Of a stretch of 62,217 nucleotides of DNA, positions 52,625-61,386 are shown piece after piece. The notes below the pieces were generated by a model, which saw nothing but the letters and a program-made list of their open reading frames with translations, was not told where the DNA came from and made no database searches. Each line of letters starts with the position of its first letter. The first letter of the stretch is position 1. Position numbers and translations under genes: made by a program. Source of the DNA: Candidatus Uhrbacteria bacterium (GTDB lineage Bacteria > Patescibacteriota > Patescibacteriia > UBA9934 > GWF2-40-263); assembly GCA_043808565.1 (NCBI GenBank), contig JAZDEQ010000032.1:1-62217 (forward strand), read 5' to 3'.

Positions 52625-54007
52625 ATGAGCCAACAAAACAACAAAGGTTTTTCTTTGGTGGAAATTTTATTAGCCACGGCTTTGTTGTCTTTGTTTTTGG
52701 CGGCAGTAACTGCGGCCTTTGTTTACGGATTGCGCGGAGTGGAGTGGGCTGGTGATCGAGCTCGAGCGGTTTTTTTAGCCGAAGAAGGTTTGGCGGCAGT
52801 GCAAAATATTAGAGACGAAAGATTTATCAACTTGTCTGATGGAGTTTTTGGTTTAAGTAGCTCTGGAGCCCAATGGACTTTTAACGGTTCTTCAGATACC
52901 ACCGAAAAATTTATTAGGCAGTTGAGTATTTCTTCGGTTGATGCCGACACTAAAAATATTACTAGTACGGTTACTTGGCCTAAGTCAGCAGTTTCAAATG
53001 GATCAGTAAGTTTGGTTACCCGATTAACAAGTTGGTTGGCTAATACTGCTAGTGGCTGGTCAGCCATGGTTCAATCTGGAACCTATGACGCCAGCGGTTC
53101 ACAAGACGGTTGGAAGGTTCAGATAGCCGGAAATTATGCTTATTTGATACGGAGCGGCGGTTCGCCAGATTTTTTAGTGATAAATATTACTAATCCTTTG
53201 GCACCAACCTTGGAAGGCTCGGTCAACGTCGGTTCATCGGCTACTAATATTGCTGTTGCCGGAAATTTTGCTTATGTCACCGGAGCCAGTAATACTTTAG
53301 AACTAAGAATCGTGAATATTACCACACCGTCAGCGCCAACAATTGTCGGAAGTTATAATGCAGTCGGTACGGCTAATGCCTTGGGTGTGGCAGTAAGTGG
53401 TAATATTGTTTATATGACTCGGGCCTCAAGTGCTGACCCAGAATTTGTGGCGATTAATGTCACTAACAAAAACGCTCCGGTTACTTTGGGTTCTTTGGAA
53501 TTAGGCGATGCTGGTAATGAATTAGCTCTTTCAGGTTCTTATGCTTATATAGCCTCAAGTAATAATACTCAAGAATTACAGATTGTTAATATTACCACTC
53601 CGGCCACGCCAACTCTGGCCGGTTCTTATGATTTTGTGGCCAGCGCCACTAATGCCACAACAGTAACTGTTTCCGGAAATCTAATTTATTTAGGTAAAGT
53701 TAATACGGTTTTTATTTTTAGAGACGTCACTCACCTTACGGCGAATTTACTTGGCTCATTAGATTTAGCCGGACAAGTGAATGGTTTAGCTTTAGGAGCT
53801 GCTAATATGATTTTTGCCGCCACTTCTAATATCACCAGAGAATTTCAAGCCCTTGATGTAACTACTCCAGCTTCTCCTGCCTTGCTTGGTTACGTTGATT
53901 TGGTTGGTGTGGCGGCTTACGGCGTGGCTTATGATGCGGTTCGCGATCAGTGCGCTTTAGCCGACGAAGATAATACGGCTGAATTTATTATGGTAACTCA
54001 TCCTTAA
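52625..54007 (+). CDS. Pilin-like protein with a C-terminal LVIVD-repeat (beta-propeller) domain
   Basis: The N-terminus is NNKGFSLVEILLATALLSLFLAAV. About 7 repeats then follow of the form G(N/S)(Y/F)AY(L/V/I)....(L/F)x(I/V)(I/V)N(I/V)T.P..P...GS, which is the LVIVD pattern. Confidence 0.75.
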   Translation: MSQQNNKGFSLVEILLATALLSLFLAAVTAAFVYGLRGVEWAGDRARAVFLAEEGLAAVQNIRDERFINLSDGVFGLSSSGAQWTFNGSSDTTEKFIRQLSISSVDADTKNITSTVTWPKSAVSNGSVSLVTRLTSWLANTASGWSAMVQSGTYDASGSQDGWKVQIAGNYAYLIRSGGSPDFLVINITNPLAPTLEGSVNVGSSATNIAVAGNFAYVTGASNTLELRIVNITTPSAPTIVGSYNAVGTANALGVAVSGNIVYMTRASSADPEFVAINVTNKNAPVTLGSLELGDAGNELALSGSYAYIASSNNTQELQIVNITTPATPTLAGSYDFVASATNATTVTVSGNLIYLGKVNTVFIFRDVTHLTANLLGSLDLAGQVNGLALGAANMIFAATSNITREFQALDVTTPASPALLGYVDLVGVAAYGVAYDAVRDQCALADEDNTAEFIMVTHP

Positions 54008-54010
54008 TTT

Positions 54011-54520
54011 GTGAAAAAAGCAAAGTCAAAACAACGAGGTTTTACTTTGGTCGAGTTGATTTTATATATCGGACTTTCGGCCGTGATTTTATCGTCGCTT
54101 GGTACAATGATAAATATTTCTTATCAAGTTCGAGCCAGGCAACAAGTTACGGCCGAAGTGGAACAGCAAGGAACAGTTGTTACTCAAATTGTTTCGCAGA
54201 TTATTCGAAACGCTTCCTCGATTACTTCGCCGGTGGCTGGCGCTAGTGCTACTTCAGCCGTCATGGCTGTCTCGGATGTTTCTAAAACACCAACGACTTT
54301 TTCTTTGTCTGGTACCGCGTTTCAGCTAACAGAAAATGCTACGGTTACAGCTTTGACCAATGATCAAGTCCAGGTTTCGGCTCTGTCTTTTAAAAATTTA
54401 AGCGCGGCCACTACACCAGGAACAGTAAAATTTCAGTTTACTTTAAATTACACTAATCCTGGCGGCACACCACGATTTACTTATTCAAAAACTTTTTATG
54501 GTTCAGCCAGTTTACGATAA
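54011..54520 (+). CDS. Prepilin-type minor pilin
   Basis: N-terminal KQRGFTLVELILYIGLSAVIL. Confidence 0.75.
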   Translation: MKKAKSKQRGFTLVELILYIGLSAVILSSLGTMINISYQVRARQQVTAEVEQQGTVVTQIVSQIIRNASSITSPVAGASATSAVMAVSDVSKTPTTFSLSGTAFQLTENATVTALTNDQVQVSALSFKNLSAATTPGTVKFQFTLNYTNPGGTPRFTYSKTFYGSASLR

Positions 54521-54908
54521 TCAGGGTTTTATTGCTTTGATCGGCGTTTTGGTGGCCGGTTCAATTGCCGTTACTGTTGCTTCGGCGGTTTTGTTTTTTG
54601 GTTCGGATTTTTCTCGTTCAGCTTTGTTGATTCAACAATCCTATCAAGCCAAAGCCCTGGCCCGAGCTTGTGCTGATTCTGGGCTTTTACAGCTTCATAA
54701 CAACACCTCGTTTTCTGGCACTGGTTCATTAACTTTAGGTCGCGGCAGTTGTTCTTATACGGTGGCTAATTTGGGCGGTAATAATCGTCGAGTGCAGGCC
54801 AGCGGAACGATTGGAAATGTGGTGCGAAAAATGGAGATTTCTATTAATGCGGTTACGCCTAGACTCAATGTTGCTTCGTGGCAAGAGGTGGCCGATTTTA
54901 CCCCATGA
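54498..54908 (+). CDS. Small N-terminally anchored protein (PilX-like position), module 2
   Basis: N-terminal DNQGFIALIGVLVAGSIAVTVAS. It overlaps the upstream gene by 23 nt. Confidence 0.55.
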   Translation: MVQPVYDNQGFIALIGVLVAGSIAVTVASAVLFFGSDFSRSALLIQQSYQAKALARACADSGLLQLHNNTSFSGTGSLTLGRGSCSYTVANLGGNNRRVQASGTIGNVVRKMEISINAVTPRLNVASWQEVADFTP

Positions 54909-56467
54909 TTATGAAAGAGAACAGCGGTTTTTTAAATAAGCTTTTTAAGAAAAAAACTAACCAAGAATTGGTAGCTTTAGAATTACGTTGTCAAAAATTA
55001 GCCGCCAGAAGCCAGGTGGCTGAAGAAAAGTTTAAAAATATTTTCGACCTTTCTTTGGACGGAATTTTATTAATTGATTTAAAGAAAAATAAATTTAGCC
55101 AAGCTAATCAAACTTTTTGTCGGCAATTGGGATATAATTTAGCTGAATTTAAAAAGTTAACTTTAGAAAAATTTTATCCAGCCAAAAGTTTTCAGCGATT
55201 AATTAATGAACTTAAAAATTCTACCAAAATGACGGCTAGTTTGGTTTATGGCCAACCGATTAAAAGGAAAAACCGTTCGGTCTTTTTTGCCGATATCCAT
55301 TCTTCAATAGTTACGATAGCTGGCAAAGATTTTTTAATGAGTGTTTTTCATGATATTACTCAACGTCGAAAAATCGAACAGCAATTATTAGCCGACCGAG
55401 TTAAAGACGACGTAGTTTTGGCTTCGATCGGTGACGCGGTGATTGCTTGCGATAAAAATAGTCGGATCGTTTTGTTTAACGGGGTAGCTGAAGCTTTGAC
55501 TGGTTTTTCGGCTCAAGAAGTTATCGGCCGTCATTATAAAAAATTGATTAGATTTATTAGAGAAGTGGACGGAAAACCCAGTAATGATTTTATTGCTGAA
55601 GCTATTAAAAGCGGGAAAAAAACCAAAATGGCCAATCACACTTTATTGATCAGAAAAGATCATCGTAAAATTCCTGTGGCTGATTCGGCCGCACCAATCA
55701 GAGATGTTGATGGCGAGCTTATTGGTTGTGTGGTGGTTTTTCGAGACGTGGCTTATGAAAGGGAAGTCGATCGAGCCAAAACCGAGTTTGTTTCTTTGGC
55801 GGCGCATCAACTGCGAACGCCACTTGGTAGCATGCGTTGGAATTTAGAACTGCTTCAAGAAAACGAAAAAAATCTTTCTAGGTTAGGTAAAGAGCGTCTT
55901 CACGATGCCACCATAAGCAACATTCGAGTTATTAGTCTAATCAGTGATTTATCAAACATTGTCCGGATTGAACAAGGTGGCATAAAACCAGAGTTTTCCA
56001 GTTTTAAAATTAATGAAAAAATTCAAGCCGCGATTAGAGAGGTCAAACAAGAAATAGAAATAAAATCATTACGTCTCGGGGTTTCTTTACCGCCAGTTTT
56101 GCCCGAAGTGCATTGCGATGCTGATCAATTTAGAGAAGTAATGCAGAATTTGCTCTCCAATGCGGTTAAGTACAACAAAAAGTCTGGCAAGATCGACATT
56201 CAGGTTCAGGTTAAGGATGAGTTTGTTGAGGTCAGGGTTTCGGATAATGGCTTAGGGATTCCGTTGGCCGATCACAACAAGGTGTTTAGTAAATTTTATC
56301 GATCTACCGCGGCCCAGAAAGTTGATACTGATGGTAATGGTTTAGGACTTTTTATTGTTAAATCGTTTGTCGAATCTTGGGGCGGTAATATTGGTTTTAA
56401 AAGCCAGAAGGGTAAGGGTACAACTTTCTTTTTTACTATGCCGATTATTAAAAACAAGGTTAGCTAA
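54905..56467 (+). CDS. Cytoplasmic PAS-domain sensor histidine kinase
   Basis: Two PAS-like segments, the H-box FVSLAAHQLRTPL, the N-box LLSNAVKYN, G1 DNGLGI and G2 GNGLGL. No TM segment is present. ATG 54905 overlaps the upstream stop (ATGA). Confidence 0.88.
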   Translation: MIMKENSGFLNKLFKKKTNQELVALELRCQKLAARSQVAEEKFKNIFDLSLDGILLIDLKKNKFSQANQTFCRQLGYNLAEFKKLTLEKFYPAKSFQRLINELKNSTKMTASLVYGQPIKRKNRSVFFADIHSSIVTIAGKDFLMSVFHDITQRRKIEQQLLADRVKDDVVLASIGDAVIACDKNSRIVLFNGVAEALTGFSAQEVIGRHYKKLIRFIREVDGKPSNDFIAEAIKSGKKTKMANHTLLIRKDHRKIPVADSAAPIRDVDGELIGCVVVFRDVAYEREVDRAKTEFVSLAAHQLRTPLGSMRWNLELLQENEKNLSRLGKERLHDATISNIRVISLISDLSNIVRIEQGGIKPEFSSFKINEKIQAAIREVKQEIEIKSLRLGVSLPPVLPEVHCDADQFREVMQNLLSNAVKYNKKSGKIDIQVQVKDEFVEVRVSDNGLGIPLADHNKVFSKFYRSTAAQKVDTDGNGLGLFIVKSFVESWGGNIGFKSQKGKGTTFFFTMPIIKNKVS

Positions 56468-56481
56468 TTTGTATTACTTTT

Positions 56482-56856
56482 ATGGCTAAAAAATTGATTT
56501 ATGTGGCCGAAGACGACTTGGCTTATTCGCGAGTTTATAAATCTAAATTAGAAAGTGAAGGTTTCGATGTCGTTATAATCGTCGAGGGCGAAAAGGTGAT
56601 TCCGGCGCTTAAAAAAAAGCGGCCCGATCTTTTGGTTTTGGATTTAATCATGCCAGGAAAAAATGGTTTTGAAATTTTGCAAGAAATTCGTGCTAGTCAA
56701 AAACTTAAGAATTTAAAAGTTATTATCGCTTCTAATTTAAGTCAGGAGTCTGATCAAGACAGAGCCAAAAAATTTGGCATTACTGATTTTTTTGTTAAAG
56801 CCGATGTTTCGGTGATGGAAATGGTGGCTAAGATTAAAAATAGTTTGAAAGCCTAG
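56482..56856 (+). CDS. Single-domain (CheY-like) response regulator
   Basis: The acidic pair (AEDD), the phospho-acceptor context (LLVLDLIMPG) and a conserved Lys region. It is 124 aa long with no output domain. Confidence 0.88.
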   Translation: MAKKLIYVAEDDLAYSRVYKSKLESEGFDVVIIVEGEKVIPALKKKRPDLLVLDLIMPGKNGFEILQEIRASQKLKNLKVIIASNLSQESDQDRAKKFGITDFFVKADVSVMEMVAKIKNSLKA

Positions 56857-56870
56857 TAAATTAAAAATCA

Positions 56871-56910
56871 AAAAACCGTCCGCGACCAATTTTGGTCCGG
56901 ACGGTTTTTT
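56871..56910. terminator. Bidirectional terminator between the response regulator gene and gyrB
   Basis: Long hairpin accgtccg..gaccaa/ttggtc..cggacggt flanked by A5 and T6 runs. Confidence 0.8.
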
Positions 56911-56998
56911 ATTGTTGCCTTTAGTGCTTTTAGTGCCTTTTGAGCCTCCTTGTCCTGCCGAGGCTTGGCTCAAGCGAAGGGGGATCAAGCCTTCTTGA

Positions 56999-59074
56999 TT
57001 AGATATCAAGATTTTGTACATTTTTAGCGTGCGTCTGAATAAAACGTTTGCGCGGCGCCACATCCGAACCCATTAAAACATCAAACATTTCGTCGGCTTG
57101 TTCGGCATCCTCAATTTTTATTTGTTTCATGACGCGGGTGGCCGGGTTCATAGTAGTTTCCCAAAGCTGTTCCGGATTCATTTCACCAAGACCTTTATAA
57201 CGCTGAATATTCACTCGAGGACCCTTGGTTTTGGTTTCTTCGGTTTCTTCATCTTCAGTTTCGTTGGCCTCTCCGGCCTCTCTGGCATTTCCGGCCTCTC
57301 CAGCCTCGAGGTCGGTTTCCTCCACCACCACTTCTTTTCCACCAGCCAGCTCTTTTATGATAGCTAATTTTTCTTCGTCAGAATAAGCATATCTAGCTTC
57401 CTTGCCAATTTGTACGCGGTAAAGTGGTGGTTTGGCAATAAAGACATGGCCTTGTTTAACTAGCTCGGGGAAATGACGATAAAAAAGAGTGAGAAGCAGA
57501 GTGCGAATGTGGGCGCCGTCAACGTCAGCATCGGTCATGATAATAACTCGTGTATAACGCAAATCTTGGATATTAAACGCTTCGCCAATGTTGGTGCCGA
57601 GAGCAATAATAAGAGATTTAATTTCGTTATTGACGAGCATTTTATCTAAACGAGCTCGCTCAACGTTAAGAATTTTGCCACGCAAGGGAAGAATAGCTTG
57701 AGTTTCACGATCGCGACCTTGTTTGGCCGAACCGCCAGCTGAATCACCCTCAACAATGAAAATTTCTGAACGTTCCGGATCTTTAGAAGAACAGTCAGCT
57801 AGTTTACCTGGCAGAGTTAAGCCTTCGAGAACACCTTTGCGTAAAACCGTTTCCCGAGCCGCTTTGGCCGCGGCTCGAGCTTGGGCTGATAAAACACACT
57901 TGCTGATAATTGCTTCGGCATCAGCCGGATGTTCTTCAAGATAAATGCGGAAATATTCGCCAAAAACCGCTTCCACAGCCGTGCGAGCTTCTGGATTGCC
58001 AAGTTTGGCTTTGGTTTGGCCTTCAAATTGTGGCTCCTTGATTTTGACACTGATAACTGAAGTTAAACCTTCGCGAACGTCGTCGCCAGTAAGATTAGTA
58101 TCTTTTTCTTTAATAAAGCCTTTGCCTCGAGCGTAATTGTTAAGCTCGCGGGTTAGGGCTGAACGAAAGCCCACCAAGTGCATGCCGCCTTCTGGATTAT
58201 AAATGTTGTTAGCAAAACAAAAAATTGACTCGTGATATTCGTCGGTGTACTGAATGGCAATTTCCACATCCATATCAGCCGCGTCATCGTGTCGGGAAAC
58301 GTAGAAAATATTATTGTGTTTTGGCGCCTTACCGTGATTGATGTGAGAAACATAAGAAGCCACCCCACCTTCAAAATAAAAAGCGTATTTGGTTTCTTTG
58401 CCTTTTTCACGATCATCGTGGATTTCCATGCGAATACCTTTGGTAAGATAGGCTTGCTGACGAAGGTGATCTAAAATGGTTTTTAAAGTAAATTCTACGG
58501 TTTCAAAAATTGAGGCGTCAGGTTTAAATAAAACCGTGGTGCCAGTTCCGGTAGCTTTTTTTTCAGCCTTAACTTTATTGCACGGCGTGCCGCGTTTGTA
58601 ATCTTGGGTCCAAAGATAACCATCACGTTTAACTTCAACCCGAAGATCGTCAGAAAGGGCATTGACTACTGAAACACCAACACCATGCAGACCACCAGAA
58701 ACTTTATAACCGCCAGCTCCAAATTTACCACCAGCATGAAGTTTGGTGAGTACTAGTTCCAGAGCCGATTTTTTATATTGCGGGTGAATATCGACCGGAA
58801 TACCTCGGCCATTATCTTCAACACTTACCCAATTGTTTGGTAAAAGTTTAACCATGATTCTGTCAGCATAGCCGCCCATGGCTTCATCAATACAGTTATC
58901 AACCACTTCCCAAACCAGGTGATGAAGACCGGTTGGGCCAGTTGAACCAATATACATGCCCGGCCGGCGACGAACTGGCTCTAAACCCTCAAGAACCGTA
59001 ATTTGTTGCGCGCCATAATCGGATTTTTTGGCGTCTTTTTTAACTTCTTTGGCAGCAACCATAATGTTTTTCAA
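56999..59074 (-). CDS. gyrB: DNA gyrase subunit B, with a low-complexity acidic insertion before the C-terminal QRYKGLGEM motif
   Basis: LEGLEPVRRRPGMYIG, HLVWEVVDN, EGDSAGG, PLRGKILNV and QRYKGLGEMNPEQLWETTM. Confidence 0.95.
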   Translation of the reverse strand: MKNIMVAAKEVKKDAKKSDYGAQQITVLEGLEPVRRRPGMYIGSTGPTGLHHLVWEVVDNCIDEAMGGYADRIMVKLLPNNWVSVEDNGRGIPVDIHPQYKKSALELVLTKLHAGGKFGAGGYKVSGGLHGVGVSVVNALSDDLRVEVKRDGYLWTQDYKRGTPCNKVKAEKKATGTGTTVLFKPDASIFETVEFTLKTILDHLRQQAYLTKGIRMEIHDDREKGKETKYAFYFEGGVASYVSHINHGKAPKHNNIFYVSRHDDAADMDVEIAIQYTDEYHESIFCFANNIYNPEGGMHLVGFRSALTRELNNYARGKGFIKEKDTNLTGDDVREGLTSVISVKIKEPQFEGQTKAKLGNPEARTAVEAVFGEYFRIYLEEHPADAEAIISKCVLSAQARAAAKAARETVLRKGVLEGLTLPGKLADCSSKDPERSEIFIVEGDSAGGSAKQGRDRETQAILPLRGKILNVERARLDKMLVNNEIKSLIIALGTNIGEAFNIQDLRYTRVIIMTDADVDGAHIRTLLLTLFYRHFPELVKQGHVFIAKPPLYRVQIGKEARYAYSDEEKLAIIKELAGGKEVVVEETDLEAGEAGNAREAGEANETEDEETEETKTKGPRVNIQRYKGLGEMNPEQLWETTMNPATRVMKQIKIEDAEQADEMFDVLMGSDVAPRKRFIQTHAKNVQNLDI
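57266..57310. repeat. In-frame 9-bp tandem repeat (5 units) inside gyrB
   Basis: ggcctctcc ggcctctct ggcatttcc ggcctctcc agcctcgag. It encodes LEAGEAGNAREAGEA on the minus strand. Confidence 0.85.
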
Positions 59075-59127
59075 TAAAAAATAACGCCTTTATGATAGCA
59101 CTTTAAGTCGTTTATTGGAAGCGGCGG

Positions 59128-59172
59128 TTATCCCTTTAATCCCTTGTATCCCTTCCGTCTCTTCAATCCCTT
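59128..59172. repeat. Five tandem 9-bp words (nnATCCCTT) in the gyrB/59191 divergent spacer
   Basis: ttatccctt taatccctt gtatccctt ccgtctctt caatccctt. Confidence 0.85.
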
Positions 59173-59190
59173 TGATAAAATAAAAGAACT

Positions 59191-60108
59191 ATGCCCAACA
59201 ATAATAGTTTTCTCCAACCCGAAGAAAAAGAATTTCAATCTTTTTATAAGCGTTCGCTTTGGTTAATTAAAAATCGGCCCAAGTTTAGAAAAATTGGTTT
59301 ATTGTTTTTTATTATTTTTGATGTGGTTTTGGTTTTCTATGCAGCCTGGATTTTTTTAGATTCTTTCGTCCTTTCCCGTAACCTAGAGGAACAAAGTGTT
59401 GCCAGTCTGGCTTTAAATGGTCAGACCGAATTACGTAATTTTTCTACAGATCAAGCCGCCAAATCTCTTTTAATTGGCCAGGCCGTGGCTACACCGGCCG
59501 GTGATGGAAAATCTTTTGATTTAACGGCCATGATTTCCAATCCTAATACCAATTGGTATGCCACTTTTGATTACTCATTTCTTTTAAAGGATGGTAATAC
59601 CGCCAGCCAATCAGGTTTTCTTCTGCCTGGTGAGGAACGACCTATGATTCTTTTACAGGCCACTACTAGCAAATCAACCACCCTTGATTTGGTTTTAGAT
59701 AATTTAGCTTGGCACCGAGTTGATCAACACGAAATCCCCGATTATTCCACTTGGTCAACCGAACATTTAGATTTGCCAATTTCTGGGGTAGTATTTTTTC
59801 AAGAGAATACCACTTCAGCTCTTTTGTCTTTTACTATAAAAAATAATTCGGCTTATAATTTTTGGCAACCAAATTTTTCGGTGGTTCTTTGGCGGGGTCC
59901 AACTATTGGTGGAGTCATGCGTTTAAGTACAGCTGATTTGCAAAGTGGGGAAGAACAAAAAATATCTGCCCGTTGGCTCGGGGCCGTTCCGGCTGTCACA
60001 AAGGTTGAGGTCTACCCAGAAATTAACATTTTTTCGCCTGAGGCTTATTCTTCTTTGGAGGGGCAGAATCCGGATGATATCAGAACCAGAGTTCAAACCG
60101 ATCGTTAA
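59191..60108 (+). CDS. N-terminally anchored membrane/extracytoplasmic protein, function unknown
   Basis: A single TM segment (IGLLFFIIFDVVLVFYAAWIFL) followed by a ~240-aa soluble domain with no motif I recognise. Confidence 0.6.
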   Translation: MPNNNSFLQPEEKEFQSFYKRSLWLIKNRPKFRKIGLLFFIIFDVVLVFYAAWIFLDSFVLSRNLEEQSVASLALNGQTELRNFSTDQAAKSLLIGQAVATPAGDGKSFDLTAMISNPNTNWYATFDYSFLLKDGNTASQSGFLLPGEERPMILLQATTSKSTTLDLVLDNLAWHRVDQHEIPDYSTWSTEHLDLPISGVVFFQENTTSALLSFTIKNNSAYNFWQPNFSVVLWRGPTIGGVMRLSTADLQSGEEQKISARWLGAVPAVTKVEVYPEINIFSPEAYSSLEGQNPDDIRTRVQTDR

Positions 60109-60116
60109 ATTTAAAT

Positions 60117-61262
60117 ATGCGTCATTTCGTTGCTTTACTAAGAAGGGTCGACGGTCGGATTTTTTTTGCCACGTTAATTTTAGTCTCCTTAGGTTTTTCA
60201 GCAATTTATTCTATAAATTTAACTCAAGAAGGTCAGGATTTTTTATTAGTCAAAAAACAACTAATCGCTTTAATGATAGGTTTGGGATTGGCTTTAATAA
60301 TTATTTGGTCTAATTATCGTTGGACACACGGTTTTAGCGTGGTTCTTTATGTTTTGGCGATTGTTTTATTAATAGCCGTGCTTTTTTGGGGTCAAACCAT
60401 CCGTGGCACCACCGGCTGGTTTTCTCTTTATTTTGTTCATTTTCAACCTGTGGAGTTTGCTAAACTGGCTGTGGTTATTGCTTTGGCTCGTTATTTTAGC
60501 CATTACACTGGTCAGGGCATTAATTGGCGACGTTTTTTCTTCAGCGGAATAATTGTTGGTTTGCCGATTGTTTTAACCCTTCTGCAACCTGATTTGGGCT
60601 CAGCTTTGCTTTTGGCTATTGTTTGGTTAATGATGATTTTTTTTGCGGGTTTAAAAATAAAGCAAGCCGCAGTTTTGGTGGTTTTGTCGGCCATTGGTTT
60701 TTTATTAGCCTGGCAATTTTTATTAGTTGATTATCAAAAAGCTCGGATTGTTTCTTTTATTAATCCGGCCAGTGATCCGATGGGCGAGGGTTATAATGTT
60801 CGTCAGGCTATTATCGCTGTGGGTAGCGGTGGTTTATACGGTCGAGGTTTGGGTTTTGGTTCGCAAAGCCAGTTAAAATTTTTACCGGAAAGTCAAACCG
60901 ACTTTATTTTTGCCGTCATTGCCGAAGAGTTTGGTTTAATTGGTGTGCTTTTGCTTTTTTTAGCTTTTTATTTTTTGTTAAAAAGATTTTTTTGGTATGC
61001 TCGTTCAGCCCGCGATGATTATGCCAGTCTTTTATTTTTAGGCATTACTTCACTGTTTTTTTCGGCCTTCATTATAAATATTGGAATGAATTTGGGGCTT
61101 TTACCAGTTACTGGTATTGCTTTGCCTTTGGTAAGCTACGGCGGTAGCTCTTTGATTGTTTCACTATTAATGATTGGCTTGGTTGAGAGCATTATAGTTC
61201 ATAGCGACTCCGCCACCCGTCCTCGTAGCCAAGGTGCGGATTACAAGCTTTTTACTTCTTGA
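60117..61262 (+). CDS. SEDS-family protein (RodA/FtsW/SpoVE)
   Basis: About 10 TM segments, FQPVEFAKL, PDLGSALL, E..TDFIFAVI.EE.G and LP.TG..LP..SYGGSS. Confidence 0.88.
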   Translation: MRHFVALLRRVDGRIFFATLILVSLGFSAIYSINLTQEGQDFLLVKKQLIALMIGLGLALIIIWSNYRWTHGFSVVLYVLAIVLLIAVLFWGQTIRGTTGWFSLYFVHFQPVEFAKLAVVIALARYFSHYTGQGINWRRFFFSGIIVGLPIVLTLLQPDLGSALLLAIVWLMMIFFAGLKIKQAAVLVVLSAIGFLLAWQFLLVDYQKARIVSFINPASDPMGEGYNVRQAIIAVGSGGLYGRGLGFGSQSQLKFLPESQTDFIFAVIAEEFGLIGVLLLFLAFYFLLKRFFWYARSARDDYASLLFLGITSLFFSAFIINIGMNLGLLPVTGIALPLVSYGGSSLIVSLLMIGLVESIIVHSDSATRPRSQGADYKLFTS

Positions 61263-61386
61263 CATTTATTGGTTGGTGGGGCACAATGACGCCACTTAAT
61301 TGGAAATTAGAATATTAAATATCGAATATCGAATTTGGTTATAAACTTCGGATTTCGAATTTTAATTTTCGAATTTTAACATAACT

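Noticed and set aside
59128-59172. The TTATCC-containing 9-mers next to gyrB could be a DnaA-box cluster or oriC.
   Set aside because: None of the units matches TTATCCACA beyond TTATCC. No dnaA, dnaN or recF gene lies in the window. The array has the same 9-bp tandem design as other word-repeat arrays here.
61321-61377. The TCGAAT words upstream of rplY could form an inverted-repeat hairpin like the ACGAAT elements.
   Set aside because: On checking base by base, the two halves are direct rather than inverted copies, and only the palindromic core tcga can pair. I keep it as a word-repeat array, not as a hairpin.
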